From the NCBI GenBank assembly GCA_044345405.1, contig JBIJBE010000018.1, forward strand, positions 685-64,684: 64,000 nt of DNA. Reading direction: 5' to 3'. The position numbers and the translations under genes were made by a program. Below, one piece after another: positions 48,477-57,131 of the stretch. The notes under the pieces were generated by a model. It made no database searches, was not told the origin of the DNA, and was given only the letters and a program-made list of their open reading frames with translations. The DNA comes from Bdellovibrionota bacterium (GTDB taxonomy: Bacteria > Bdellovibrionota_C > UBA2361 > OMII01). Within the stretch, counting starts at the first letter, position 1. Each line of letters starts with the position of its first letter.

Positions 48477-49583
48477 ATGCAGCTCGCTGAGAAGTCTTCA
48501 TCAGGTACCGCAGATGTAACCGTGTCGCGAGAGATGATTGACGCGGCTACCCGTGGAGGGCTCTATGAGCTCGGTGAGTCCTACATGCGGGGAGAGTGGG
48601 AGACAAACGACCTCTTCCAACTCTTCTACCAGCTCGTGACAGGTGACCGGCGTATTCCGGTAACATTCCGCAAGTTCAGTCCGCGCCTCATCGGTTCACT
48701 CATTAAGGACCGAGTGATGAACCTTCAGGTTGGAAAGCGCGCGTTTGAGGTGGGGGAAAGACACTACGATCTCGGGAACGACCTCTTCTCAAAGATGCTC
48801 GACGCGAGCTCGATGAGTTATACGTGCGGGTACTGGCGGAACGCTCGCACCCTTGATGAGGCGCAGACCAATAAGATTGATCTCCTCTGCAAAAAATTAA
48901 AACTGAAGCCCGGTATGCGAGTACTGGATATTGGATGTGGATGGGCGAACTTCGCGTATCACGCCGCGAAGAATTATGGGGTCTCTGTCGTTGGGCTTAC
49001 GGTGTCGAAAGAGCAAGCGGCGTTTGCTCGTGAGCGATGTCAGGGGCTTCCTGTAGAGATCCTCATTCAGGATTATCAGACCTTCTCGGGTTCGTTTGAC
49101 CGTGTTGTTTCGATTGAGATGATTGAGGCGGTAGGACGCAAGAACATCCCCACTTTTTTCGCGATGGTTGAGCGGTGTCTCACGGAGCGGGGCCTCTTCG
49201 CCCTACAGGTGATATCCGCTGAAACCTTCTCTCTGCGCTCAAACGCGGCGCTCGATCAGTTCATTATGTGGCTACAGCACAGGATCTTTCCGAATGGATG
49301 GATCCCGTCATTCCCCTCGATTATTGATCCCGCCCGCGGAAACCTTGTGGTTGAAGATCTTCATAATTTCTCCGCGGATTACGCGACCACACTACGAGCG
49401 TGGGCTGTGAATTTCGAGGCCGGGTGGCCATCCCTCCGAGCGAAATACGGGGATGAATTCCGACGGATGTGGCTCTACTACCTTAATGGCTGCGAGGCGC
49501 TCTTTACCGCGCGAATGGTGCAACTCTACCAGGTTGTGTACTCCAAAGGGGGAGTTCCTGGTGGGTATGAGGCCGTGCGGTAG
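48477..49583 (+). CDS. cfa: cyclopropane-fatty-acyl-phospholipid synthase family SAM-dependent methyltransferase
   Basis: VLDIGCGWANFAYHAAKNYG SAM motif and the CFA-synthase C-terminal region. Confidence 0.8.
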   Translation: MQLAEKSSSGTADVTVSREMIDAATRGGLYELGESYMRGEWETNDLFQLFYQLVTGDRRIPVTFRKFSPRLIGSLIKDRVMNLQVGKRAFEVGERHYDLGNDLFSKMLDASSMSYTCGYWRNARTLDEAQTNKIDLLCKKLKLKPGMRVLDIGCGWANFAYHAAKNYGVSVVGLTVSKEQAAFARERCQGLPVEILIQDYQTFSGSFDRVVSIEMIEAVGRKNIPTFFAMVERCLTERGLFALQVISAETFSLRSNAALDQFIMWLQHRIFPNGWIPSFPSIIDPARGNLVVEDLHNFSADYATTLRAWAVNFEAGWPSLRAKYGDEFRRMWLYYLNGCEALFTARMVQLYQVVYSKGGVPGGYEAVR

Positions 49584-49593
49584 CGCCTCACTA

Positions 49594-51192
49594 TTAGTTA
49601 CAACTACTCTCGAAGCGAGGCAGACTCTGAGAAACCTCAGTGAACTGCGTGTGCAGCTTCGTGGAGGTCTCCACGATCTTGTCAGCTGGGACCACTCTCC
49701 TTCGGGTATTCACCGCCTTCAGGAGTCGTGCCGCGTGTCGGACCAGCTTATACGCGGAGGTCTCTCGCGTGGTGAGAGTCGTGATATCCGCGCTCTTGTC
49801 GATCTGTCGACATGAGAGACACACTCGAATTGTCTGCGGAAAGTTGCTCCAGATCGCTGACCACTGTTCAAGGTAGAGGTTCTGCGCGTTATCGATGATA
49901 GCTTGCGCCCGCTTCTTGGTCGCAGCGGGTGGATTCAAGGCGAGAATCCTTTGCGCTATCGTTCTCGCCGCCGCTCGTTGTCGTGACGCGATGTTGTCCA
50001 GTTTTTGGAGAATATCCTTGATGTTCGTGTCCGTGCAGTCAAGCGGAGCCGCCTGGCACCGTTGCGTGGTCACGTTGCCATCAGCGTATCCCGTTCCGAT
50101 GATCCATCGTACTGACGCTCCCGCCGGAATCGTAGTGATTATCGCGTTGGTCACCCGACCGGTGAAGAATTCGGTTGGTTGTCCGATGTCCTCGTTGCCA
50201 GGGGTGAACTTGTTATTAGCTCCGATCGGTACCTTCACGGAGGTGGTTCCGGTATTTTGGTATCCGAAGTGCACGATCATCGAGCCATCGGTCTGTATAT
50301 CGACGCACTCAGCGATCGGGGTCACCGGGATAACGTTCGCTGGCTTAAGACAGCGAGCCGATGAGAGGTTGGCGTCGGCGTACGAGCCTCCGAGGGTCCA
50401 TCGCACGGTTGAGCTACCAGGAACGGTGGTCAAGAAGCAATCGTTCACGACCCCCTTGGCGAACTCAGTTGGTTGACCGACATTAGCGGTTCCAGGGCTG
50501 AAGAAATTATTGGCGCCAACCGGAACTTTAAGGGTATCCGCGGCGTTATTAACGCATCCGAAGTACACGAGCATCGAGCCATCGGATTGCAGATCAACGC
50601 ACCGCACGAACGGCGCCAGTGGCAGCGGGGTTGATGTAGGTGTGACCGTCGCGGTCGGAGTCGCCGTGGCTGTGTTGGTCGGAGGCGGCGTAGACGTCCT
50701 TGTTGGTGTCGCTGTTGCCGTTGCTGTCACGGTCGGCGTTCGAGTCGCTGTCGGTGTCCGTGTCGCGGTCGCCGTCGCAGTGGCCGTCGCTGTTCTCGTC
50801 GCTGTTAGTGTTGGCGTCCATGTCACCGTAGCGGTCGCCGTCCTGGTGATCGTCGGCGTGACGGTGGGAGTTGGAGTGGGTGCCTCAAGGATCACGGCAG
50901 TGTAGGAGTGAATATTACCGCATGAGGGCCCCCATGTGGCGCTCAATCTGGTTGGAGAGAGTCGAGTAACGATCTCTGATCGGATGAAGCTACATCCCCA
51001 TGATGGAAATTTGCATGACGCCTTTCTCCATCGTGAATCTCCCTTCACGGAGTAGGTGTAGCCGCCCTGTTTGATGATGTACGAGCACGCGGCGTAGCAA
51101 TCCCTCGCGTGGGCAGGTGTCGCGCGCGTTATCATCGCGCAAAGTATCGCGAAGAACGTGATCAGTACGTGTGGACGAAATGCTGTACTCAT
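49594..51192 (-). CDS. secreted protein with two tandem ~90-aa repeat domains joined by Thr/Pro/Ala-rich linker
   Basis: Signal peptide (MSTAFRPHVLITFFAILCAMITRATPAHA). An ~85-aa linker of TPT/TAT repeats. Repeats FVRCVDLQSDGSMLVYFG... and IAECVDIQTDGSMIVHFG... are ~50% identical. Confidence 0.6.
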   Translation of the reverse strand: MSTAFRPHVLITFFAILCAMITRATPAHARDCYAACSYIIKQGGYTYSVKGDSRWRKASCKFPSWGCSFIRSEIVTRLSPTRLSATWGPSCGNIHSYTAVILEAPTPTPTVTPTITRTATATVTWTPTLTATRTATATATATATRTPTATRTPTVTATATATPTRTSTPPPTNTATATPTATVTPTSTPLPLAPFVRCVDLQSDGSMLVYFGCVNNAADTLKVPVGANNFFSPGTANVGQPTEFAKGVVNDCFLTTVPGSSTVRWTLGGSYADANLSSARCLKPANVIPVTPIAECVDIQTDGSMIVHFGYQNTGTTSVKVPIGANNKFTPGNEDIGQPTEFFTGRVTNAIITTIPAGASVRWIIGTGYADGNVTTQRCQAAPLDCTDTNIKDILQKLDNIASRQRAAARTIAQRILALNPPAATKKRAQAIIDNAQNLYLEQWSAIWSNFPQTIRVCLSCRQIDKSADITTLTTRETSAYKLVRHAARLLKAVNTRRRVVPADKIVETSTKLHTQFTEVSQSLPRFESSCN

Positions 51193-51619
51193 AATCCCCT
51201 CTTTCCCGCGCGCATAGACAGGCGCGGGCCATTACGTAAGCTCATCGTCGATGAAGGGGGGATTCGAGGTGACTCGGTTCCTCATCAGACGTTCACGATT
51301 GGCGCAGATCTCTTCTCACGCGCTCACACACCGTGACCTAGCTATCAGCTTGTTATTGCTGTTGACTCAGAAGTAGTAGCCAATTTTCTCCTTTTAGTCA
51401 TATTTCAGGGCGTTTTTGTGCAAGGGAGGTGGGTTACACATCCCTACAGATCGTGACGAGTACCAGGGTCTCATACAGGGCTAAGGGTTTTGGGGCTGGT
51501 AATATGTTGAATTAATTGGCTGAAAACTTTTTATTGAGGTGGCGGTTTTTATGGGCGTACCCTGAGAGGGGGAGTGTGCATCACAAGGGAAAGCACCTGA
51601 TTGAGTGCCTTAGTAGGGG

Positions 51620-51961
51620 GTGACCATGCGACCCGTTCTCCGTTCATTGACCAGTCGAGATCTCTCAGATTGGAGCTCCCTCGCTTCACATCCAAAGGAC
51701 TGCGTCGTTTCGGTTGAGGCTGAGATCGGCGCTGAGGACTCTAGCGAAACTGATATCGTCACGTTTCAGGTCGCTACCCCTGAGTTTCTTGAGTACACGG
51801 GGCAAGCGCCGTCGAACAAATTTATCGTCCTCAACGACATCGACTGGGAGTCGGTGCGTAAGGAGATCGCCCACCGGTGTGCTGCGGCGGAGGCCCAGGA
51901 GTGGGAGGAGTGCGTTAGACGCATCGGTGGCGTCTGGGAGATGCACTGGGAGAGAGAATAG
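51620..51961 (+). CDS. hypothetical small cytoplasmic protein
   Basis: 113-aa ORF, acidic. No motif recognised. Confidence 0.3.
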   Translation: MTMRPVLRSLTSRDLSDWSSLASHPKDCVVSVEAEIGAEDSSETDIVTFQVATPEFLEYTGQAPSNKFIVLNDIDWESVRKEIAHRCAAAEAQEWEECVRRIGGVWEMHWERE

Positions 51962-52112
51962 TAACCCGCGGCTCGGGAGCGCTCCCATCGCTGATCGCAT
52001 AGTTGGGGCTTGTTAACTGTCTCCAGCCTAACCCAAAGCGTGTTAGGTCCGTTCATTCGCTGATGCCCGTTGTTATGCCTCGGATCCATTCGACCATGGA
52101 GTATACAAAGGG

Positions 52113-52487
52113 TCATGAATTGATCATTCGAACGATTCCGTCTTTGAGATGCGGTGAATTAAAATTGAGCAAAAGCCCGAGCGAGACCTTGCTGAGCTTA
52201 CGGTAGGTGAGCAGTTGAGCTTTATGGATTCGCGCTAGCTGGGCTACCGATTTCAGCTCGACAATGACGGAACGTTCCACAAGTAGATCGACCCGATACC
52301 CAACGTCAATCGTATCGTCCGCATAAACGATCGGCATGGTGACCTCGGAGAGGACAAAAAGATTTCGTTCCAGAAGCTCGCGCTTCAGACATACTTTGTA
52401 AGCGTTCTCGAGCAGCCCAGCACCTAGTGTGGTATGAACCTTAAACGCAGCGTCGATAATCGCTTTTGATACCTCATTGGGAGTCAT
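52113..52487 (-). CDS. GxxExxY protein (PD-(D/E)XK-like family)
   Basis: Start trimmed to MTPNEV. Motifs HTTLGAGLLENAYKVCL, IVYADDTIDVGYRVDLLVE..VIVELKSV, QLLTYRKLSKVSLGLLLNF. Confidence 0.75.
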   Translation of the reverse strand: MTPNEVSKAIIDAAFKVHTTLGAGLLENAYKVCLKRELLERNLFVLSEVTMPIVYADDTIDVGYRVDLLVERSVIVELKSVAQLARIHKAQLLTYRKLSKVSLGLLLNFNSPHLKDGIVRMINS

Positions 52488-52490
52488 CGC

Positions 52491-52518
52491 CTTTGTGTCC
52501 TTTGCGTCCTTTGTGGGC
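52491..52518. repeat. 3x tandem 9-bp unit CCTTTGYGK (copy B), immediately 5' of the GxxExxY gene start
   Basis: The reverse complement reads cacaaaggacgcaaaggacacaaaggcg-ATG, giving three AAGGA (SD-like) cores. Confidence 0.8.
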
Positions 52519-53041
52519 AAATTCTGTTTTGACACCTTCCTCAAGAATCGACGAATATCTCTAGTAGGTGCTTACAAAGTTACGGGCAGCGTAGAATCCC
52601 GGGATGAACAAGACGCTTGGGTAAAGCCTCGCGGGCTAGCGTGCCGAGACCGCCTGACAAAAACGTGCCGCGGTTTTAATACGATTAAGCCAAACAGCGC
52701 TCCGGGGACCGTGACCTTGGCCGCTGAATTGATGGGGCCTCAGATGCTTGATGGAGACACGTGTTTTGACCACAGAGGACACAAAGGTGCCCACGTTGAT
52801 GGCGGTCGTTAGGGCCCTGTTTTGCGCATAGAGGCACCTGCACTCTCGGGCCCACATGATCTCGCAAAGTGCACAGACTCACGTGAGTACAGGTAGTTAT
52901 CGAGGGCCTCTCGTCATTTGGAAGGGGCCTCATCCCCGTTTGAGGGCGAGCATCTGCCCCCTAACTCCACGAATAACGGGGATAATCCCGCTCCCAAAAA
53001 CTTTCTTTGATGGGGTGAGTAGAGCCGGTCGTTAGTGTAGG

Positions 53042-54073
53042 ATGGAAGCCGTAAAGGAACCGTCCGTGAAGCTCATCATCCAGATACCCTGCTTTAACGA
53101 AGAAAAGACCCTCCCTCTCGTGTTTGAGGGGATGCCAAGACATATCCCCGGTATCGATGTAATCGAGTACCAAATTATTGATGATGGTTCGACCGATAAC
53201 ACGGTTAAGGTCGCGCGTTCTCTCGGCGTGCACCATATTGTCTCGGCGGGGCGGATTAATCGGCGATGGCTTGGACGGGCGTTTCGAGCCGGTATTGATC
53301 ATGCGTTGAAACAGGGCGCCGACATCGTGGTGAACACGGACGGCGATAACCAGTATCCATCTCGGTACATCGCCGATCTCGTTCGTCCTATTGTGGAGGG
53401 ACGTGCCGACATCGCCATCGGTGATCGCGCTCCTGGCAAAGTGAAGGAGTTCTCCTGGATTAAGCAACGTCTTCAGGTGCTCGGAAGTGGTGTCATTCAA
53501 TCCCTCACCGGCTTGCCGGTAAAGGACGCGGTGAGCGGTTTTCGGGCGTATAGTCGGGACGCGCTGCTTAAGATTCACGTTCTTACCAACTACACCTACA
53601 CCGTCGATACCCTCATTCAGTCTCATCAAAAAGGACTCGATATCGAGTGGGTGCCTATCACGGTGAACGCTAAGACCCGAGAGTCTCGCCTCATCACGAG
53701 CATCTCCGCTAAGGTTCGCAAATCGGGTGGTACGATCCTGCGAATGGTCACGCTCTATCGGCCGTTCCGGACGTTCATGCTGTTCTCAGCTATGTTTCTT
53801 GTGCCAGGAGTTTTTCTCCTCGCTCGATTCTTTTACTACTACATTGTTCGTGGTGGACAGGGTGGCACGGGGCTCATTCAATCCGTTGTGATCGGCGGGG
53901 TCTGCGTCATGGTCGCCGTTCAGATGTTTGTACTCGGTATCCTCGCCGACCTTCTGGCCGCTAATCGGACATTGATCGAAGATCTCCTAGTACGAATGCG
54001 GAAGCTTGAGCTGCCGAAGAGCGCTCCTCCGCAAGAGGACGTGGTGCAAGAGCAGAAACGCCACGTGGGGTAA
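53042..54073 (+). CDS. family 2 glycosyltransferase (polyprenyl-phosphate sugar transferase-like) with C-terminal TM helices
   Basis: GT-A fold N-terminal motifs (IIQIPCFNEE, DDGSTD, VVNTDGDNQYP); 2 C-terminal TM helices. Confidence 0.8.
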   Translation: MEAVKEPSVKLIIQIPCFNEEKTLPLVFEGMPRHIPGIDVIEYQIIDDGSTDNTVKVARSLGVHHIVSAGRINRRWLGRAFRAGIDHALKQGADIVVNTDGDNQYPSRYIADLVRPIVEGRADIAIGDRAPGKVKEFSWIKQRLQVLGSGVIQSLTGLPVKDAVSGFRAYSRDALLKIHVLTNYTYTVDTLIQSHQKGLDIEWVPITVNAKTRESRLITSISAKVRKSGGTILRMVTLYRPFRTFMLFSAMFLVPGVFLLARFFYYYIVRGGQGGTGLIQSVVIGGVCVMVAVQMFVLGILADLLAANRTLIEDLLVRMRKLELPKSAPPQEDVVQEQKRHVG

Positions 54074-54104
54074 GGGCGTTTCCTTTTGTCTCCCGGATGG
54101 TCCA

Positions 54105-54275
54105 GCGGATTGCGGAATAGTGTGCATCGCAAATGACCTTAGCAATCCGCAACCATGCGGCGGTCAGTAATGACCGATCTCCCGCGTCTCGCGTTGGGCC
54201 GTGGGAGGGCGAGCATTCCTGCTCGCCGGAATGCTACGCATAGCACATGACCTTCGCTAACCGGCAATTCGTGGC
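54105..54275. repeat. two ~40-bp related hairpin units (GGAATRGTRYGCATMGCAMATGACCTTMGCWAMCCG) between convergent GT2 and proA genes
   Basis: Unit 1 at 54105-54150 is flanked by gcggattgc/gcaatccgc inverted ends. Unit 2 at ~54225-54275. Between them sits a perfect 7-bp stem (ggcgagc-attcct-gctcgcc). Confidence 0.6.
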
Positions 54276-54298
54276 GGCCTATAGGATCGACCGCGTCC

Positions 54299-55585
54299 CT
54301 ACGACCGCAACAGATTCTTAAAGTTGAAAGCCTTCGCGTGTTCACCGGAGTAGGTCGCTACGACCTGACCATCTCCTCGAAGGATGTACTTGTAGGTAAG
54401 GAGGCCCTCCATACCGACCGGTCCACGGGCGTGGATCTTGCCGGTACCAATTCCTATCTCCGCTCCGAACCCAAAACGATATCCATCCGCGAACCGGGTC
54501 GAGCAATTCGTAAATACGCTCGCTGAGTCCACCGCCGCGACGAATCGCTCGCACGCCTCCGTGTCTTGAGCCAAGATTCCATCGGTGTGGTGTGACCCAA
54601 ACCGGTTGATATGTTGGACCGCTTCCTCAAACGAGTTGACGATCTTAATAGCCACCGTGAGGGATCCGTATTCGGTATCCCACTCACTATCGTTGACGAT
54701 GTCAGAGATTCCGAGAATCTCGGCTGCTTTTGCGCATCCTCTCACCTGAACGTCCACGTGCGTGAGATTTTGAATGAGGGAGGGAAGAAAAGATTGAGCG
54801 ATTGCGGAATCCACGAGAACGGTCTCCACGGCGTTGCACGCCGCGGGATACTGGGTCTTCGCGTCAACGATAACCTCAATCGCCTGCGCGAGATCGGCCG
54901 ATTCGTGAACGTAGAGGTGGCACACTCCGGAGGCATGACCGAGCACGGGAATGCGTGAGGTCGCTTGAATGTGGCGAACGAACTCATTCGATCCCCGCGG
55001 GATGACGAGGTCCACGAGGTCGTTGTATCGCAGGAGCTCCTCAACTGATTGCCGTCCCTCGATGAGCGTGAACCATTCAGAGGGAAGTCCTTTACGTTGA
55101 AGAGCTTCTCGCGCAACCTGAAACATCGCGCGATTGGAACGGGTTGCCTCTTGGCCTCCTTTGAGGACCACACCGTTTCCCGTTCGCAGCGCGAGGCCGA
55201 GTACCTGATAGAATACGTCTGGACGTGATTCAAAGATTACACAGATGACACCAAGGGGGATGGTAATCTTATCGAGTATCAACTTCTCATCGAGTTGTGT
55301 CCGAGCGAGAAGCGTTCCAAGGGGATCCTCCGCTGCCGCTAACGCGCGCAAACCCGCCACCAGCGTTTGTATCTTCTCGTTGGTGAGTTTGAGCCGTTGC
55401 GCGAGCGCGGGAGGAAGTGAAGTCGCGTGTTCCCCGCAGTCTTTAGCGTTTTCAGCCAGGAGGTACTCGGTATTCTCGGTTATCGCGTCGGCGAGCACGT
55501 GAAGCATTCGTGATCGGGTGTCACCTCGGAGTAATCGCGCTTCATGGGAGCCTTCTTTAAGTTTTTGAAGTGATTCACGCAACAT
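54299..55585 (-). CDS. proA: gamma-glutamyl phosphate reductase
   Basis: Aldehyde-dehydrogenase fold with ProA signatures. Overlaps the proB stop by 11 nt (proBA operon). Confidence 0.85.
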   Translation of the reverse strand: MLRESLQKLKEGSHEARLLRGDTRSRMLHVLADAITENTEYLLAENAKDCGEHATSLPPALAQRLKLTNEKIQTLVAGLRALAAAEDPLGTLLARTQLDEKLILDKITIPLGVICVIFESRPDVFYQVLGLALRTGNGVVLKGGQEATRSNRAMFQVAREALQRKGLPSEWFTLIEGRQSVEELLRYNDLVDLVIPRGSNEFVRHIQATSRIPVLGHASGVCHLYVHESADLAQAIEVIVDAKTQYPAACNAVETVLVDSAIAQSFLPSLIQNLTHVDVQVRGCAKAAEILGISDIVNDSEWDTEYGSLTVAIKIVNSFEEAVQHINRFGSHHTDGILAQDTEACERFVAAVDSASVFTNCSTRFADGYRFGFGAEIGIGTGKIHARGPVGMEGLLTYKYILRGDGQVVATYSGEHAKAFNFKNLLRS

Positions 55586-56756
55586 CGGGGCCCTCTGAAA
55601 AGATGACGAGATTATCGCGATGAACGACCTCTTCCTTTTCGTCGACCAAGAGGATCTCTTTTGCTTGTTGGGTTCTCATGCCCGCGATCTTCCGGAGTGA
55701 TCCCGATGTCTGGCTCGCGATACCTCGGCCGACCTCTTGTCCATTCGTGTCGACGATGCTGATGACATCGCCAACTACGAAATCGCCATCCACCGCGGTT
55801 ACTCCCACAGGAAGGAGGCTGTGATTTCCCTGTTCTAGACTCTCTCTCGCTTTGAGGTCGATGGTCACGACACCGGCGAAGCCCGAGGAGAGGCCAAACC
55901 ACCGCTCTCTACCCGAGAGTGGCGATGTTCGTGTGGATGTGTCGATGGCGATCGTTGTGCCGACGGTGCCGGAGAGAGCGGATGTGATCGGACTCGCCCT
56001 CGTCGCCGAGGCGATAATCGTGGAGACCCCGCACAACGCCGCTATCTTGGCCGCTTCGAGTTTGGAGTACATTCCACCCCGACCCATCGTTGATGTTCCA
56101 CTACATGAGATCGACGAGAGGTGGTGAAGGGTCTCGATCCGGGCAATTGGTTGAGCCGAGGGGGTGGTCTCGGGATTGTCCGTAAACACGCCATCAACAT
56201 TAGTGAGGATGACTAGTGTATTCGCGGAGAGTTTTCCCGCAACGAGAGCAGAGAGCTTGTCGTTATCATCGAAGCTTCGTTGTTCCGCCTTAGTGTTGGT
56301 ATCTCGAATGCCAGCCACCGATACCACATCGTTCTCGTTAAAGATGGGGAGCGTCCCTAACTCAAGGAGCTGTTCGCAGGAGGTCTTGAGGTTGAGGTAC
56401 GCATTCCGATTTGTGAAGTCCTGTGATGTCACCAGCACTTGCGCGATGGTAAGGCCCATCGTCTTGCAGAGCTGGTCATAGAGCGCCATGAGACGCGATT
56501 GTCCCACCGCGGCGCACGCCTGCTTTCGGGGGAGATCGATGGAGCCGGTGATCCCGAGCGCCTGCCGACCCATTCCCACCGCGCCCGATGATACCAAGAT
56601 GACCTCGTGCCCAGTAGCTTTAAGCTTTGCGATATCGTTGATGATAGCCGCCAAGCGCTCAAGCGCGGGCATTCCCGTGGTCTGATCGACGACGACCTGT
56701 GTTCCGAGCTTAACGACGATGCGGGGTGGAGATCTCATGTGTAAGGAATCTGGCAA
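55575..56756 (-). CDS. proB: glutamate 5-kinase with C-terminal PUA domain
   Basis: RIVVKLGTQVV amino-acid-kinase N-terminus plus a PUA domain. Confidence 0.85.
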   Translation of the reverse strand: MPDSLHMRSPPRIVVKLGTQVVVDQTTGMPALERLAAIINDIAKLKATGHEVILVSSGAVGMGRQALGITGSIDLPRKQACAAVGQSRLMALYDQLCKTMGLTIAQVLVTSQDFTNRNAYLNLKTSCEQLLELGTLPIFNENDVVSVAGIRDTNTKAEQRSFDDNDKLSALVAGKLSANTLVILTNVDGVFTDNPETTPSAQPIARIETLHHLSSISCSGTSTMGRGGMYSKLEAAKIAALCGVSTIIASATRASPITSALSGTVGTTIAIDTSTRTSPLSGRERWFGLSSGFAGVVTIDLKARESLEQGNHSLLPVGVTAVDGDFVVGDVISIVDTNGQEVGRGIASQTSGSLRKIAGMRTQQAKEILLVDEKEEVVHRDNLVIFSEGPDVA

Positions 56757-57131
56757 ATGGACCGGCTCTTGTCTATCAGATATCCAAGTGGACCGGGGTA
56801 TTACTTAGATTCATCGCGACCATTTCCGATGGATGCTAGATGAGACCCATCAAAAGTCCGAGCGAGATAAGGGTGAGAAGGGCCGAAACAAGCATTTGAA
56901 TGGAACGGAGGGTGACCTTGTGAATCAGCTTCGAACCCACAAATGCCCCTATGAATGCGCTCACGCGCGCCGCGCGAAGGCGTGGGCGATGAAGAGGTCC
57001 GAGGACGGTACACCGTGCACCGAAAACCTTCGACGGTTACAGGGATACGTTCCACGTCTTACGTTCGCGTCAACGTTTACGCGCTGCCGGAAATTAGAGG
57101 GGATTGTGTCAACGACGTGCTGGCTGCGGAA

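Noticed and set aside
50510-50905. 131-aa + strand ORF (GVGVAVAV... repeats).
   Set aside because: It is the antisense reading of the TPT/TAT linker of the minus-strand surface-protein gene, a pure low-complexity artefact.
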